Positions 33,849 through 43,331 of a DNA stretch of 64,000 nt are shown piece by piece. Within the stretch, counting starts at the first letter, position 1, and each line of letters starts with the position of its first letter. Location of the stretch: UHGV virus genome UHGV-0332176; one strand, 5' to 3'. The DNA comes from a virus. The notes under the pieces were generated by a model, which worked only from the letters and a program-made list of their open reading frames with translations, was not told the DNA's origin and ran no database searches. Both the position numbers and the translations under genes were made by a program.

Positions 33849-36377
33849 ATGAAATTAGAACATATTATCACAGAAAACTTTCAAACTGTTTCAATAAATG
33901 GTATTCTTTATTCATTAAATACAGATGAAAAAGCAATTTATGATAAAATTAAAAATAATGAAAATAAAAAATTATTTAAAAAAGATTTAGATGAATTTAA
34001 TCAACGTATTGCTTCTGGATTAGTTACAAAAGGGATTTTACAAAGAAGAAAAAATCCTCAACACGAAATTTATTTTACAACTCGTGGAAGAAGAAAAAAT
34101 GCTGTTTATAATAGACCATTAGATGAAGTTGCTCCACCTGATACTGCAAGTGAAAAATGGATTAATAAAAATAAAGATAAATTTAAAGAAAAATATGGTA
34201 AAGATTATAAAAAATATTTATATGGCAAGGCTTGGAATATGTATAATGGTTCAACCATTAAAGAAACTTATGAATTACAAGCTATTTTAGACCGTTATAC
34301 ACTTATGGAAGCAACAACAGCTTATCACGGCTCACCTTATGATTTTGATGAATTTAATGTTAAATTTATTGGTAAAGGTGAAGGACATCAAGTTCACGGT
34401 TGGGGATTATATTTCGCAGAAGATATGAATACATCTAATTCATATTATAGAGATATGGGAAAAATTGATGCTATTAAATCTTTTACTTTAAATGGTAAAA
34501 GTTATGCAAAAGGTACTGTAATGTATAAAATATTATCTCTTATCTCACAAACAGGTAAAAAGAAATATGCTGTTGATAAATTAAATGAAATATTAAATAA
34601 TAAAGAATGGATTGATGCTCATCCAGATTATAAAACTAAAATTAAAGATTTAATTAAATTTATTCGTGGCATTAAGCAAAATGATTTAAAAGCCAATATT
34701 TCTATGAAAACTGGACAATTATTTACAGTTGAATTACCAGATAAGCAATACTATTTAGATGAAGATTTGCCTTTTGATAAACAATCACCAAATGTTCAAA
34801 AAGCAATTACAAATATATATAAATCTAATTCTAAATTTGATTTTTCATATTTAAAAAAATCCTCTTATACTGGTGACCAAATTTACAAATATATGTCTAA
34901 TGTATTGGGGGGGGATAAAAACGCTTCTTTGGCATTATATAACGAAAAAGTTCCAGGCATTCGTTATGATGGTTATCGTGATAATTTTTGCTTCGTAATA
35001 TTTAATGGCAAAGATGTTAAAATTGTTAATAAAGAAATTAATATATCTGATAATCTTTTATTACCAGAAAAAGAAATGATTGATGATGACCCATTTTTAA
35101 TTGCAAATATTGATAATCCTTCAGAAGAATTACAGTTATATGCATTAAATAGAAATTTTTCTGTATTTAAATATATTAAAAATCCAACAGAAAAAGTAAT
35201 TGAAAAAGCATTAGAATTAGATAGTAATAATTTAGTATATGTTCAAAATCCAACTTCTGAACAAATTTCTATTGCTATTAAAGATAATTATGATTTAGCA
35301 GTAGATATAGCTCCTAAATTAACTAAAGACCAAATATTTAATATTATTAAGGATGATGATACTTATTTTCCTCTTTTTTATAATAAAGTTCCAGAAATAT
35401 TTGATTTACAATTTTTTAAAAAATGCTTAAACCAAATTAACTCTTTTTCATATGATTTAAGTGAACAAATATTCCCATTAGAATATTTTGAATTAATAAT
35501 TGATAAACTTTTTGATAAAGATATTAATAATAACTTTTCATATATGGTAAAATTTGTTGAAAAAAATATTGACAATAATAATATTGATATTAATAATTTA
35601 TCAGATAAATTACGTTATATTTATATATACACAAATTATAAAAACATTACAACCTTTAAAGAAATTAAAGACCAAGATGTTCAAGCAATTATTGATTATA
35701 TAAATAACAATGGTAGTATTTATGATTATATTGTTTTAAATGAAAATCAAGCTAAATCACTTTCAATATCTATTGTTAATAAATTATTAAAATTAGTTAA
35801 AGTATTAAAAACAGATGCATCTAAGTTAAAAGCTGATTTATTTGTTCCATATTTAAATATGAAACAAATTGTTGCTTTTACTGAAGCCTATTTTTATTAT
35901 TTTCCTTCTTTTGTTTATCAATTATCTCATAATGATGAAACTAAATATATTGAATATTTAAATGAATTTTTTACTTACATTTATAATAAAGATAAAAAAA
36001 TAGTTAAGCAATTTTGTATATCAAATTCACAATGTAGAGAAATTATTAAAAATAATATATTACCAATTAAAGATAAATTAGATGCTGATGCATTACAAAA
36101 TTTTATGTCTATTATTATTTCTTTAATAACTACTGTTGCTTCAAAAACAAGAAAAGAATTAATATCTCAACTTGGGGAATTATCTTATCCACTTCAAAAA
36201 CAATTAGTTAATCAAAATATTATATATTCATTAGATATTCCAAATTTAGATAAAAGAATTCAAATGAAGTTGATTGAAAAAAATCCATTTAATATTAAAT
36301 ATATAAACAATCCGCTTCCTGAAATTGTTAAATTAGCTTATGAAAAAAATCCAGAAACTAAAAATTATATTAGATAG
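33849..36377 (+). CDS. Large hypothetical protein (842 aa) with internal ~30-aa helical repeats resembling DUF4116-type repeats
   Basis: Repeats LYALNRNFSVFKYIKNPTEKVIEKALELDSNNLVYVQNPTSEQISIAIKDNYDL and C-terminal NIKYINNPLPEIVKLAYEKNPE. Confidence 0.6.
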   Translation: MKLEHIITENFQTVSINGILYSLNTDEKAIYDKIKNNENKKLFKKDLDEFNQRIASGLVTKGILQRRKNPQHEIYFTTRGRRKNAVYNRPLDEVAPPDTASEKWINKNKDKFKEKYGKDYKKYLYGKAWNMYNGSTIKETYELQAILDRYTLMEATTAYHGSPYDFDEFNVKFIGKGEGHQVHGWGLYFAEDMNTSNSYYRDMGKIDAIKSFTLNGKSYAKGTVMYKILSLISQTGKKKYAVDKLNEILNNKEWIDAHPDYKTKIKDLIKFIRGIKQNDLKANISMKTGQLFTVELPDKQYYLDEDLPFDKQSPNVQKAITNIYKSNSKFDFSYLKKSSYTGDQIYKYMSNVLGGDKNASLALYNEKVPGIRYDGYRDNFCFVIFNGKDVKIVNKEINISDNLLLPEKEMIDDDPFLIANIDNPSEELQLYALNRNFSVFKYIKNPTEKVIEKALELDSNNLVYVQNPTSEQISIAIKDNYDLAVDIAPKLTKDQIFNIIKDDDTYFPLFYNKVPEIFDLQFFKKCLNQINSFSYDLSEQIFPLEYFELIIDKLFDKDINNNFSYMVKFVEKNIDNNNIDINNLSDKLRYIYIYTNYKNITTFKEIKDQDVQAIIDYINNNGSIYDYIVLNENQAKSLSISIVNKLLKLVKVLKTDASKLKADLFVPYLNMKQIVAFTEAYFYYFPSFVYQLSHNDETKYIEYLNEFFTYIYNKDKKIVKQFCISNSQCREIIKNNILPIKDKLDADALQNFMSIIISLITTVASKTRKELISQLGELSYPLQKQLVNQNIIYSLDIPNLDKRIQMKLIEKNPFNIKYINNPLPEIVKLAYEKNPETKNYIR

Positions 36378-36386
36378 GAAATAACA

Positions 36387-37445
36387 ATGATTAGAATGTC
36401 AAAATTAATTAATAAAAAATTTTTAAAAGAAGATTGGGGTGATTTAATTGCAATAAGTCCAAGTATTCGTAGTTCATTAAAAAATAGATTTGGTAGTCGG
36501 TATAGTAATAAAACATTTGGAAAAAATTCAACTGTTAAAGTATTACATTTATCAGGAAAAGAATTATATGAATTATTAACAGCAGGCGAAGATAATGGAC
36601 GTAACAATGATATATTAAGTGTTGTAATTCGTTATGGTCAACAAGATATGATTTTATTAATCAATGATTCATCCAGTTGGAAAGTAGAAATTGATGTTAG
36701 AATGGCAGATGATTTAGATGACATATGTGATGAACTTTCTTGGCAAGACCGTATTAGTTTACCTAACACCGTTAAAAGTGAATCTGGTTGTGTTAAATTA
36801 TGTAATAATTTAATAAACTTTTTATATGGTATATCTCATTTAGATAATTTTTCATATATTCCATACGATAAAAAAGCAATTGCACAAAAAATTAATTTTC
36901 AAGTAATATATAGTGATAAAGATAAAATTGCTATACGACAAAATCGTGAAAAATTAAAAAATAATAATTATTATGCAACTGTTAATAATATTCGTACACC
37001 ATCTAATACAACTCTTTTACAAAAAGATTTAAAATTAAGATTAAAAAATTATATTCAAAGTAAACTTCCACAATATGATGATGTATCTAAATTACCAAAA
37101 GATATGAAATTATTTAAAGAAAATTCACAATTTAAATTATTTGGATGTGTTTATAAATATGATGATAGTGAAACAAAATTGAAAAATCTTCTTAATACTC
37201 AAAAAGGATATGTGGCATTTGAAAATGAATTTAGATACCAAAGTAATATTTTTAGTGACTATCCAAGATATATTATTTTTGAAATTATTTTAAATAACCA
37301 ATATCAACTTTCTGTTGGAGATATTTTCTTTAATAAAGATACTGGTCGTTATTCAGTAGATTTAGATGACCTTCATCCTATTAATGAATTGCCTGAATAT
37401 ATTAAACAAATTAAAAGTAAATATTCAGATGAATATTCAAATTAA
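36387..37445 (+). CDS. Hypothetical protein (352 aa)
   Basis: Intact ORF 10 nt after the previous gene. Confidence 0.55.
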   Translation: MIRMSKLINKKFLKEDWGDLIAISPSIRSSLKNRFGSRYSNKTFGKNSTVKVLHLSGKELYELLTAGEDNGRNNDILSVVIRYGQQDMILLINDSSSWKVEIDVRMADDLDDICDELSWQDRISLPNTVKSESGCVKLCNNLINFLYGISHLDNFSYIPYDKKAIAQKINFQVIYSDKDKIAIRQNREKLKNNNYYATVNNIRTPSNTTLLQKDLKLRLKNYIQSKLPQYDDVSKLPKDMKLFKENSQFKLFGCVYKYDDSETKLKNLLNTQKGYVAFENEFRYQSNIFSDYPRYIIFEIILNNQYQLSVGDIFFNKDTGRYSVDLDDLHPINELPEYIKQIKSKYSDEYSN

Positions 37446-37493
37446 TAAATTATTCTAATTAAAAAATATAAAAAATCCATCATAAATAATTTT

Positions 37494-37934
37494 ATGATGG
37501 ATTTTTCTGAAATTAAACATAAAATTTTAACTGATGACAAGATTGCATCAGCTTTTGAATATATGCTTTCTAAAATGGTTTTTGAAAACCCAATAAAACC
37601 TTTAAAATTCATATATAAAAAATGTAAAATTGTAACTGAAAGAAATAATTTATATTCAATTTATGATACAAAAACAGGAATTAAATTATATAGTAAAATT
37701 CACTTTCAAGAAGTAGCTAAATATATCGTTGATAATTTAAAAAGTTATGGTAAAGTATCATATATAATATTTTTAGAAAATGAATTATTTAGATATAAAG
37801 AAAAAATTGATTTTTTTAAAAATTATTATTTACAAAAAAAGACAGATATTTTAGAAATTAAATTATCTGCAATGTATGATTCATATTATAAAATAAAAAA
37901 TAGTTTATTAAATACTCTTAAAGAGAATACTTAA
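37494..37934 (+). CDS. Hypothetical protein (146 aa)
   Basis: Intact ORF; 3' end overlaps the convergent greA-like gene by 17 nt. Confidence 0.45.
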   Translation: MMDFSEIKHKILTDDKIASAFEYMLSKMVFENPIKPLKFIYKKCKIVTERNNLYSIYDTKTGIKLYSKIHFQEVAKYIVDNLKSYGKVSYIIFLENELFRYKEKIDFFKNYYLQKKTDILEIKLSAMYDSYYKIKNSLLNTLKENT

Positions 37935-38397
37935 TATCAACTATCTCATATTCAGTATCATTATATTCAAAATAATCATTAAATGTTAATCCAAGCATTT
38001 CTTTAACAAATGGAGCTTGAATAGATATTAATCCATTATTTATATCTGTTTCATACGTACTAACAATTGTATATGTTTTATTTACATTTGTCTCTGTATT
38101 AACAAAAGTAACTGTTGCCCCAAAACCAACTTTGTAATCTCCATAACTATTGTAACTAATCATTGATTTATCCCATAAAACACAATCACTTAAAATTAAT
38201 TGTAAATCATTAATTTTTCTTTCAATGCGGTCTTGGCATTCAATAGCTTGCAAATATTCAGGTGGAAATTCATCAGATACCCCTATTGGTCGTGTTTCTT
38301 CCAATAATTGATATGCTTGTGGACGTTCAACACGAATTAATTCATTTAATTCATTATTTAATTTATCAAATCCTTTTTTCGTTATAATTGTTTTCAT
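37918..38397 (-). CDS. Transcript cleavage factor GreA/GreB-family homologue
   Basis: Colinear with E. coli GreA: ITKKGFDKLNNELNEL..RP (TLRGAEKLREELDFL..RP), EYLQAIECQDRIERKINDL, GATVTFVN...TYTIVS, EYEIVDIKY. Confidence 0.7.
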   Translation of the reverse strand: MKTIITKKGFDKLNNELNELIRVERPQAYQLLEETRPIGVSDEFPPEYLQAIECQDRIERKINDLQLILSDCVLWDKSMISYNSYGDYKVGFGATVTFVNTETNVNKTYTIVSTYETDINNGLISIQAPFVKEMLGLTFNDYFEYNDTEYEIVDIKYSL

Positions 38398-38477
38398 AAA
38401 AATAAACCTTTAAAAACAATGATTGGAAATTAATTTGAATCCCCAATCATTGTAAACTCAAATTATGGTAGTATTTA

Positions 38478-38777
38478 TTATAAATTGTAAATAAGTTCTA
38501 AACCTGTTTCAACTTCATCTAATGCAGTTTTAGATTTTTCAATATCTTCTTTATTTTTCATTTTAGATTTAGCCATTTTTTTAATTAATGCTGGCTTAAT
38601 CATTAAATCTTTATCATCAATTCCTTCATTTAATGCTTCACAGCGAGATTTAATATCGTCATTCATACTATCTGTTAAATCTTTAATTTCTTCCATAGCA
38701 ACAATAACACTTTCAATGACATTTTTTAATTTATTTCTGTCATCTACATTAAAATTTCTTTCTTCAAAAATATTCAT
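38478..38777 (-). CDS. Hypothetical coiled-coil protein (99 aa)
   Basis: Intact ORF. Confidence 0.5.
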   Translation of the reverse strand: MNIFEERNFNVDDRNKLKNVIESVIVAMEEIKDLTDSMNDDIKSRCEALNEGIDDKDLMIKPALIKKMAKSKMKNKEDIEKSKTALDEVETGLELIYNL

Positions 38778-38786
38778 ATTATTCCT

Positions 38787-39098
38787 TTATTCTAAATTTG
38801 TAGTAATCCAGTTCTCTAAATCATCTTCATCCATCGCAATTGAACTATCAGTCAATTCAATTTTTTTATGTGGAGTTAAAAGCATAATAACAGGAACTGC
38901 ATTATATCCTAATTTCGTGATAATATTTATATCAGAACATTCATAATAAATCAAATTAAATTTATTATTTTTCTCAAAATTATCTAAATTTTCTTGTGTC
39001 ATTTTACAAGGAATGCAATTTGGTTGTCCAAATTTAATAATTGATGGTTCTTGACCAGTAATTGCATTTAATTCATCCATTGTTTTAATTTCTTTCAT
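38787..39098 (-). CDS. Thioredoxin-fold protein (CxxC active site C-I-P-C)
   Basis: IIKFGQPNCIPCK (cf. FWAEWCGPCK) and VPVIMLL (cf. VPTLLLF). Confidence 0.65.
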   Translation of the reverse strand: MKEIKTMDELNAITGQEPSIIKFGQPNCIPCKMTQENLDNFEKNNKFNLIYYECSDINIITKLGYNAVPVIMLLTPHKKIELTDSSIAMDEDDLENWITTNLE

Positions 39099-39605
39099 TT
39101 AAAATTCTCCATATTTAATTTTATTATAACTGTTGCAAATAAGAGTAACCATATTAAATATATCATCTTTACCATTATGAACTTTTTTAATCATTGGAAA
39201 TCCAGCCATCCACGATAATGTACTTATATCTTTAAATTTATACATTGTTGGTCCTTTAAAATTTAATGTATTATAAGCATTTAATATAATAGGAGCATCA
39301 AATGCAGTATTACACCAAACATTTGTTTCCCATATATTATCTTTATTAAGTTCATTTAAAACATTAAAAAATATTTGTGGATTTTCAACAAAAGTTTGTT
39401 GAATTTTTACATCTAATTTACTTATCCAATCTAAAACTTCCATATCAAAATCAAATAATGTTTCATCAACCGTATTTGAATCAATAACTAAATGCTTTTC
39501 AAGAAATATTTCAGATGTTTCAATATCAAATTGTGCATATGATATACGGGCTATTGCAGCATTTCTTTTTAAAGAATAAGTTTCCAATGTTAAGACAGTT
39601 TCCAT
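39099..39605 (-). CDS. Hypothetical protein; weak DEDD-type 3'-5' exonuclease (T4 DexA-like) resemblance
   Basis: FDIETSE (Exo I-like DxE) and FDAPIIL; incomplete motif set. Confidence 0.5.
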   Translation of the reverse strand: METVLTLETYSLKRNAAIARISYAQFDIETSEIFLEKHLVIDSNTVDETLFDFDMEVLDWISKLDVKIQQTFVENPQIFFNVLNELNKDNIWETNVWCNTAFDAPIILNAYNTLNFKGPTMYKFKDISTLSWMAGFPMIKKVHNGKDDIFNMVTLICNSYNKIKYGEF

Positions 39606-39612
39606 AAATATT

Positions 39613-39813
39613 TTAATCCTTTAATTGTGATTTTATTCTATTTAAAATATCAAAGTCAATATTTTCTAAATAATTATCAGAATTTTCTTTTTTAACAATC
39701 CATCCTAATGTTTTTTTCCCATTACCTTTATCTATTCTTCTTCGTAAAAATAAATAATTTTCTCTTTTTGATGTTTGTTTTAAATACTTAATTGTTTTTT
39801 CTAAATCATTCAT
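39613..39813 (-). CDS. Hypothetical basic protein (66 aa)
   Basis: Intact ORF. Confidence 0.45.
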   Translation of the reverse strand: MNDLEKTIKYLKQTSKRENYLFLRRRIDKGNGKKTLGWIVKKENSDNYLENIDFDILNRIKSQLKD

Positions 39814-39825
39814 TTTATTCCTTTT

Positions 39826-40110
39826 TTAATGTAAATGTAAATAACTATTAATTGAATATGCTTCAATTTTTAATTCAAGAATATCAGCATCATCACCAAA
39901 AAATTTATAAGTATTTGTACTTTCATCATATTTTATTCCTTGAAGCCAAGTACCATTACTACAAATATCTAATTCTTCATTATAAAGCTGAATTAAGTGT
40001 TTATTTGCTAATTCAAATGTTGAAAATACACCAATAATTTTTGTGTAATTTAAATCCCCAGTATAAGATTTTATTAAAACAAAAGCTAAATCACCTTCAA
40101 ATGTAATCAT
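39826..40110 (-). CDS. Hypothetical protein (94 aa)
   Basis: Intact ORF. Confidence 0.45.
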   Translation of the reverse strand: MITFEGDLAFVLIKSYTGDLNYTKIIGVFSTFELANKHLIQLYNEELDICSNGTWLQGIKYDESTNTYKFFGDDADILELKIEAYSINSYLHLH

Positions 40111-40242
40111 TTAATAATCCTTTGAGAAAGTTAATATATTTATATATAATATATGTGAATATTAACAAAGAATAAAAAAAACTTCAATATTAATATAAAA
40201 AAATAAGTAATAAATATATCTATAAAGAATTAAGGAAATTCA

Positions 40243-41427
40243 ATGGGGACAAATAATTATCATTTATACCAAAAAGAAAGAAGTCAAAATTATAATTATA
40301 TTGACCGTGTTGTTAAAAGTTATTTAGAACAAGGTGGTGGTTTATTTCATATATATCCAATGAAAGCTATTGTTGATAATAATGGTAAAGAACACGAAAT
40401 TGGTTCATCGGGATTTTATGTAACAGACGCTGTATTTAATGAAAATTCTAAACGTAAATATTCAAGAGAAACATTTGATTTATGGGGTGTTACAATGATG
40501 AATACTCCAACATTTTCATTTAATTTTGATGGATTATCTTTATTAGATGGTGACCAAAAAGAAATTTCATTTCATTATAACTCAATGGTAGCTCAATTAG
40601 GAAGAAAAATTTTAGTTGGTGATGTTATTGAATGGTCTTGGTTACGAGATTTAGATATTCTTGGTTATGATGAAGCAGCTAATAAATTTTATCAAGTTAC
40701 ATCTTCCGAAAGAGATGAAAAAGGATGGGCAGCCAATTATAAATATCATTTATGGAAAGTTAAATGTAAACCTATTACTAATTCTCCTGAATTTGAAGAT
40801 TTATTTAATCACGATAAAGAAAATGATTTTTATGAAGATGTTAATTCACCTAATGGTGGTGGTGGATTAGACCCAAATAATACAGCTGAAGAAAATGAAT
40901 TAAATATTAATGACCAAGTATTAGAAGAAGCTGAATTAAATGGTCCTTCATTTAGATTACACGATGAACATCATATCTATTTAGATGAAAATAATTGTTT
41001 ATATGATACTCACGGACGATTTATTCCACAAGGAATAGATGGTATTCCAAATATTGATAATTGTGTTGATATTCCTTTTGGAAAATTCTTTCCAGATTCA
41101 TCAACCGTTAAAGATGGTGATTATTTCTTACGTGTTGATATAAATCCACCACGCTTATTTAAAAGATTTACAAATGAAACAACAAAAGAAGGTGGTTGGA
41201 GAATGGTTGAATATGATAATAGAGAAAAATGGACAGGTGTTCCTGTTATTCTTCGTAGTGTTATTAATAATGATACTACTGTTAAATTTGAAGATGGAGA
41301 AATACAACCTGCTCGTCAAAATATTAAAGATTTGGTTAAAGCAAGAGTTAAAAAAGAACACAATAAACCAAGACCTTGGAAAGATATTACAATTATTGAG
41401 CCAGATAAAACTCCAACTGGTATTTAA
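40243..41427 (+). CDS. Hypothetical protein (394 aa), possibly virion-associated
   Basis: Intact ORF with RBS AAGGAAA; no family recognised. Confidence 0.6.
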   Translation: MGTNNYHLYQKERSQNYNYIDRVVKSYLEQGGGLFHIYPMKAIVDNNGKEHEIGSSGFYVTDAVFNENSKRKYSRETFDLWGVTMMNTPTFSFNFDGLSLLDGDQKEISFHYNSMVAQLGRKILVGDVIEWSWLRDLDILGYDEAANKFYQVTSSERDEKGWAANYKYHLWKVKCKPITNSPEFEDLFNHDKENDFYEDVNSPNGGGGLDPNNTAEENELNINDQVLEEAELNGPSFRLHDEHHIYLDENNCLYDTHGRFIPQGIDGIPNIDNCVDIPFGKFFPDSSTVKDGDYFLRVDINPPRLFKRFTNETTKEGGWRMVEYDNREKWTGVPVILRSVINNDTTVKFEDGEIQPARQNIKDLVKARVKKEHNKPRPWKDITIIEPDKTPTGI

Positions 41428-41429
41428 TT

Positions 41430-41460
41430 AAAAGGTCAGGCATTGCCTGACCTTTTAAAA
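41430..41460. terminator. Bidirectional terminator (aaaaggtcaggc-attg-cctgacctttt)
   Basis: Between convergent genes. Confidence 0.7.
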
Positions 41461-42027
41461 TTCTTCTAATTCTGTTTCCCAATATTCTTTAGAAAACCAA
41501 TCATTTTCATCATATTCTTTAAATTTACGATTTTTACGATTGTTTTCTTCTAATTGTCTAATTGTTGGTACTTTTGGTTCGTGAATTAATTTCATATGCG
41601 ATTCTTCAAGCGTTTTTCCACCTTTTTTACCATTACATTCACGACAAGCAGTAACAATATTATCCCACGTTGTTTTTCCACCTTTACATCTTGGCATTAC
41701 GTGGTCAAATGTTAAATCATCGGCTTTAAATTTATTTCCACAATATTGACAAATATAATTATCTCTTAAATATACATTTCTTCGAGAAAATTTTGGTGTA
41801 TGTGTTACATTAATATACTTTTTCAAAACAACAATTTTTGGCAATTTCATTTCTTTGTTTTGAATAATAATTGTATCATCATATTCTTTAACAACCGATA
41901 ATCTTCCTTTAAGGAGAGATTTAATAACCTTTTTCATACTATTTAAAGATAAAGGATATTTACTTAATGGTTGATAATCACCATTAAGAATTAAAACTGG
42001 TCTATTCATAATATTTTTATTTGTCAT
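41455..42027 (-). CDS. HNH endonuclease (phage HNH family with N-terminal RPVLILNGDYQPL motif)
   Basis: CQYCGNKFKADDLTFDHVMPRCKGGKTTWDNIVTACRECNGKKG. N-terminal motif typical of phage terminase-associated/homing HNH proteins. Confidence 0.85.
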   Translation of the reverse strand: MTNKNIMNRPVLILNGDYQPLSKYPLSLNSMKKVIKSLLKGRLSVVKEYDDTIIIQNKEMKLPKIVVLKKYINVTHTPKFSRRNVYLRDNYICQYCGNKFKADDLTFDHVMPRCKGGKTTWDNIVTACRECNGKKGGKTLEESHMKLIHEPKVPTIRQLEENNRKNRKFKEYDENDWFSKEYWETELEEF

Positions 42028-43222
42028 TGTTAATCATCTTTTCAAAATCTGTTATTGTTATTTTTTTCCATTTTACCTGTCTAATTAATTCTTGTAATGT
42101 TGCAGGATTAATTGAACATTTTTTAAATAAATTGTCAAGTCCTAATTTATCATATATCATTTTATTTGCTGTTATATTATCTAAATTAGATAATTCAACC
42201 TTATAATCCATTCTTCCATCTCGTAAGAAAGCATCATCTAAATGCTCAATATGATTAGTTGTAAAAAAGCAAATTGCTCCTTCAGATGTATAAAGACCAT
42301 CTAAAACATTTAAAATATCTGATAATGTTAATTTATCTTTATTATTTCCAGCTACACCAAAATCATCAGAAGATTCATTTCTTTCAAGAACTAAATTAGA
42401 CATTGCATCAATATCTTCAAAAACATAAAATGTCTGCTTTGTATCTTTAATAGAATATAATAAACTATTAACATCAGTAATTGATTTTAAATTAATAACA
42501 TTTATTTTAAAATTCAATTCACTTGCTAATGCTAATATTAAAGAACTTTTTCCTGTACCAGGTGAGCCATAAAGTAAATAATTTCTTTTATAAAGAATAT
42601 TATCATTAATATATTCATTTTGTGAAGATAGAAAATATTTAATATCCTTTAATAAATCAGCAGCAATATTATTATTAGTATAAATTGTTGAAAGAGGTCT
42701 TTTATTTCTTTTAATAGAATTATAATCATATTTAATTGTAATTTTATTCTCATAAATTTCAGATACATTTTTCATTTGAGAAGTCATTTTTTTAATAAAC
42801 TTCTTTTTATTAGCAAAAAATACTCTCATAGTTGTATAAATTGTCAACGATGATGATGCTGGTTCTTCTTTATATTCTTTATTAACTATGACAATGTGAT
42901 TAAAAATCCAATACCAAGTTTTTCCATATCCTTCTTTAATTTTATTTGTATTAGTAATTTCATATGAACGTTGGATTAAATGTTTTTGATTTTGTAAAAA
43001 TGTATCTAAATCTGTACATTCATTCATTCCAAAATCTAATGCTTTTGAAACATTCGTTATATTAAAAGAAATTAAATTAATTAAATGTTGCCAAATAAAT
43101 TCAAGGATTATACGACTGTGCATTACTAAAATAGCAATTATACCGCCACTATACATTGTTGTTATTAAAGGATTATTTTTAATTAATTCTTGAATAAAAC
43201 TTAACATTAAATATCTCCACAA
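42017..43222 (-). CDS. AAA+ ATPase, BCS1-like
   Basis: Walker A LLYGSPGTGKSS; Walker B YVFEDID; second region of homology DAFLRDGRMDYKVEL; hydrophobic N-terminal segment; 11-nt overlap with the HNH gene. Confidence 0.8.
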   Translation of the reverse strand: MWRYLMLSFIQELIKNNPLITTMYSGGIIAILVMHSRIILEFIWQHLINLISFNITNVSKALDFGMNECTDLDTFLQNQKHLIQRSYEITNTNKIKEGYGKTWYWIFNHIVIVNKEYKEEPASSSLTIYTTMRVFFANKKKFIKKMTSQMKNVSEIYENKITIKYDYNSIKRNKRPLSTIYTNNNIAADLLKDIKYFLSSQNEYINDNILYKRNYLLYGSPGTGKSSLILALASELNFKINVINLKSITDVNSLLYSIKDTKQTFYVFEDIDAMSNLVLERNESSDDFGVAGNNKDKLTLSDILNVLDGLYTSEGAICFFTTNHIEHLDDAFLRDGRMDYKVELSNLDNITANKMIYDKLGLDNLFKKCSINPATLQELIRQVKWKKITITDFEKMINNDK

Positions 43223-43238
43223 AAATTATTTTTATTAC

Positions 43239-43266
43239 ATAATAATCTAAAAATATTATTTGTCAA
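43239..43266 (-). promoter_or_regulatory. Sigma70-like promoter TTGACA-N16-TATTAT (minus strand) for the AAA+/HNH operon
   Basis: Plus tgtcaa 43261-43266 and ataata 43239-43244; RBS GGAGATATTTAATG follows. Confidence 0.45.
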
Positions 43267-43275
43267 GTATTATAT

Positions 43276-43313
43276 AAAAAAAGAGGTTGATTTTTATAAC
43301 CAACCTCTTTTAA
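43276..43313. terminator. Terminator downstream of the major capsid gene (aagaggttg-N11-caacctctt, T-run on minus strand)
   Basis: Inverted repeat read directly. Confidence 0.6.
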
Positions 43314-43331
43314 AACACTCTTTTCAGCTAA

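Noticed and set aside
35378-35575. 65-aa minus ORF
   Set aside because: Antisense within the 842-aa gene.
36365-36607. 80-aa minus ORF
   Set aside because: Antisense across the junction of two plus-strand genes.
38716-38946. 76-aa plus ORF
   Set aside because: Antisense to the thioredoxin-fold gene and the neighbouring gene.
39852-40037. 61-aa plus ORF
   Set aside because: Antisense within 39826..40110; His/Tyr-rich AT-driven frame.
40661-41431. 69-aa, 68-aa and 85-aa ORFs inside the 394-aa gene
   Set aside because: Alternative/antisense frames of the better-supported 40243..41427 ORF.
42021-42206. 61-aa plus ORF
   Set aside because: Antisense within the AAA+ gene.
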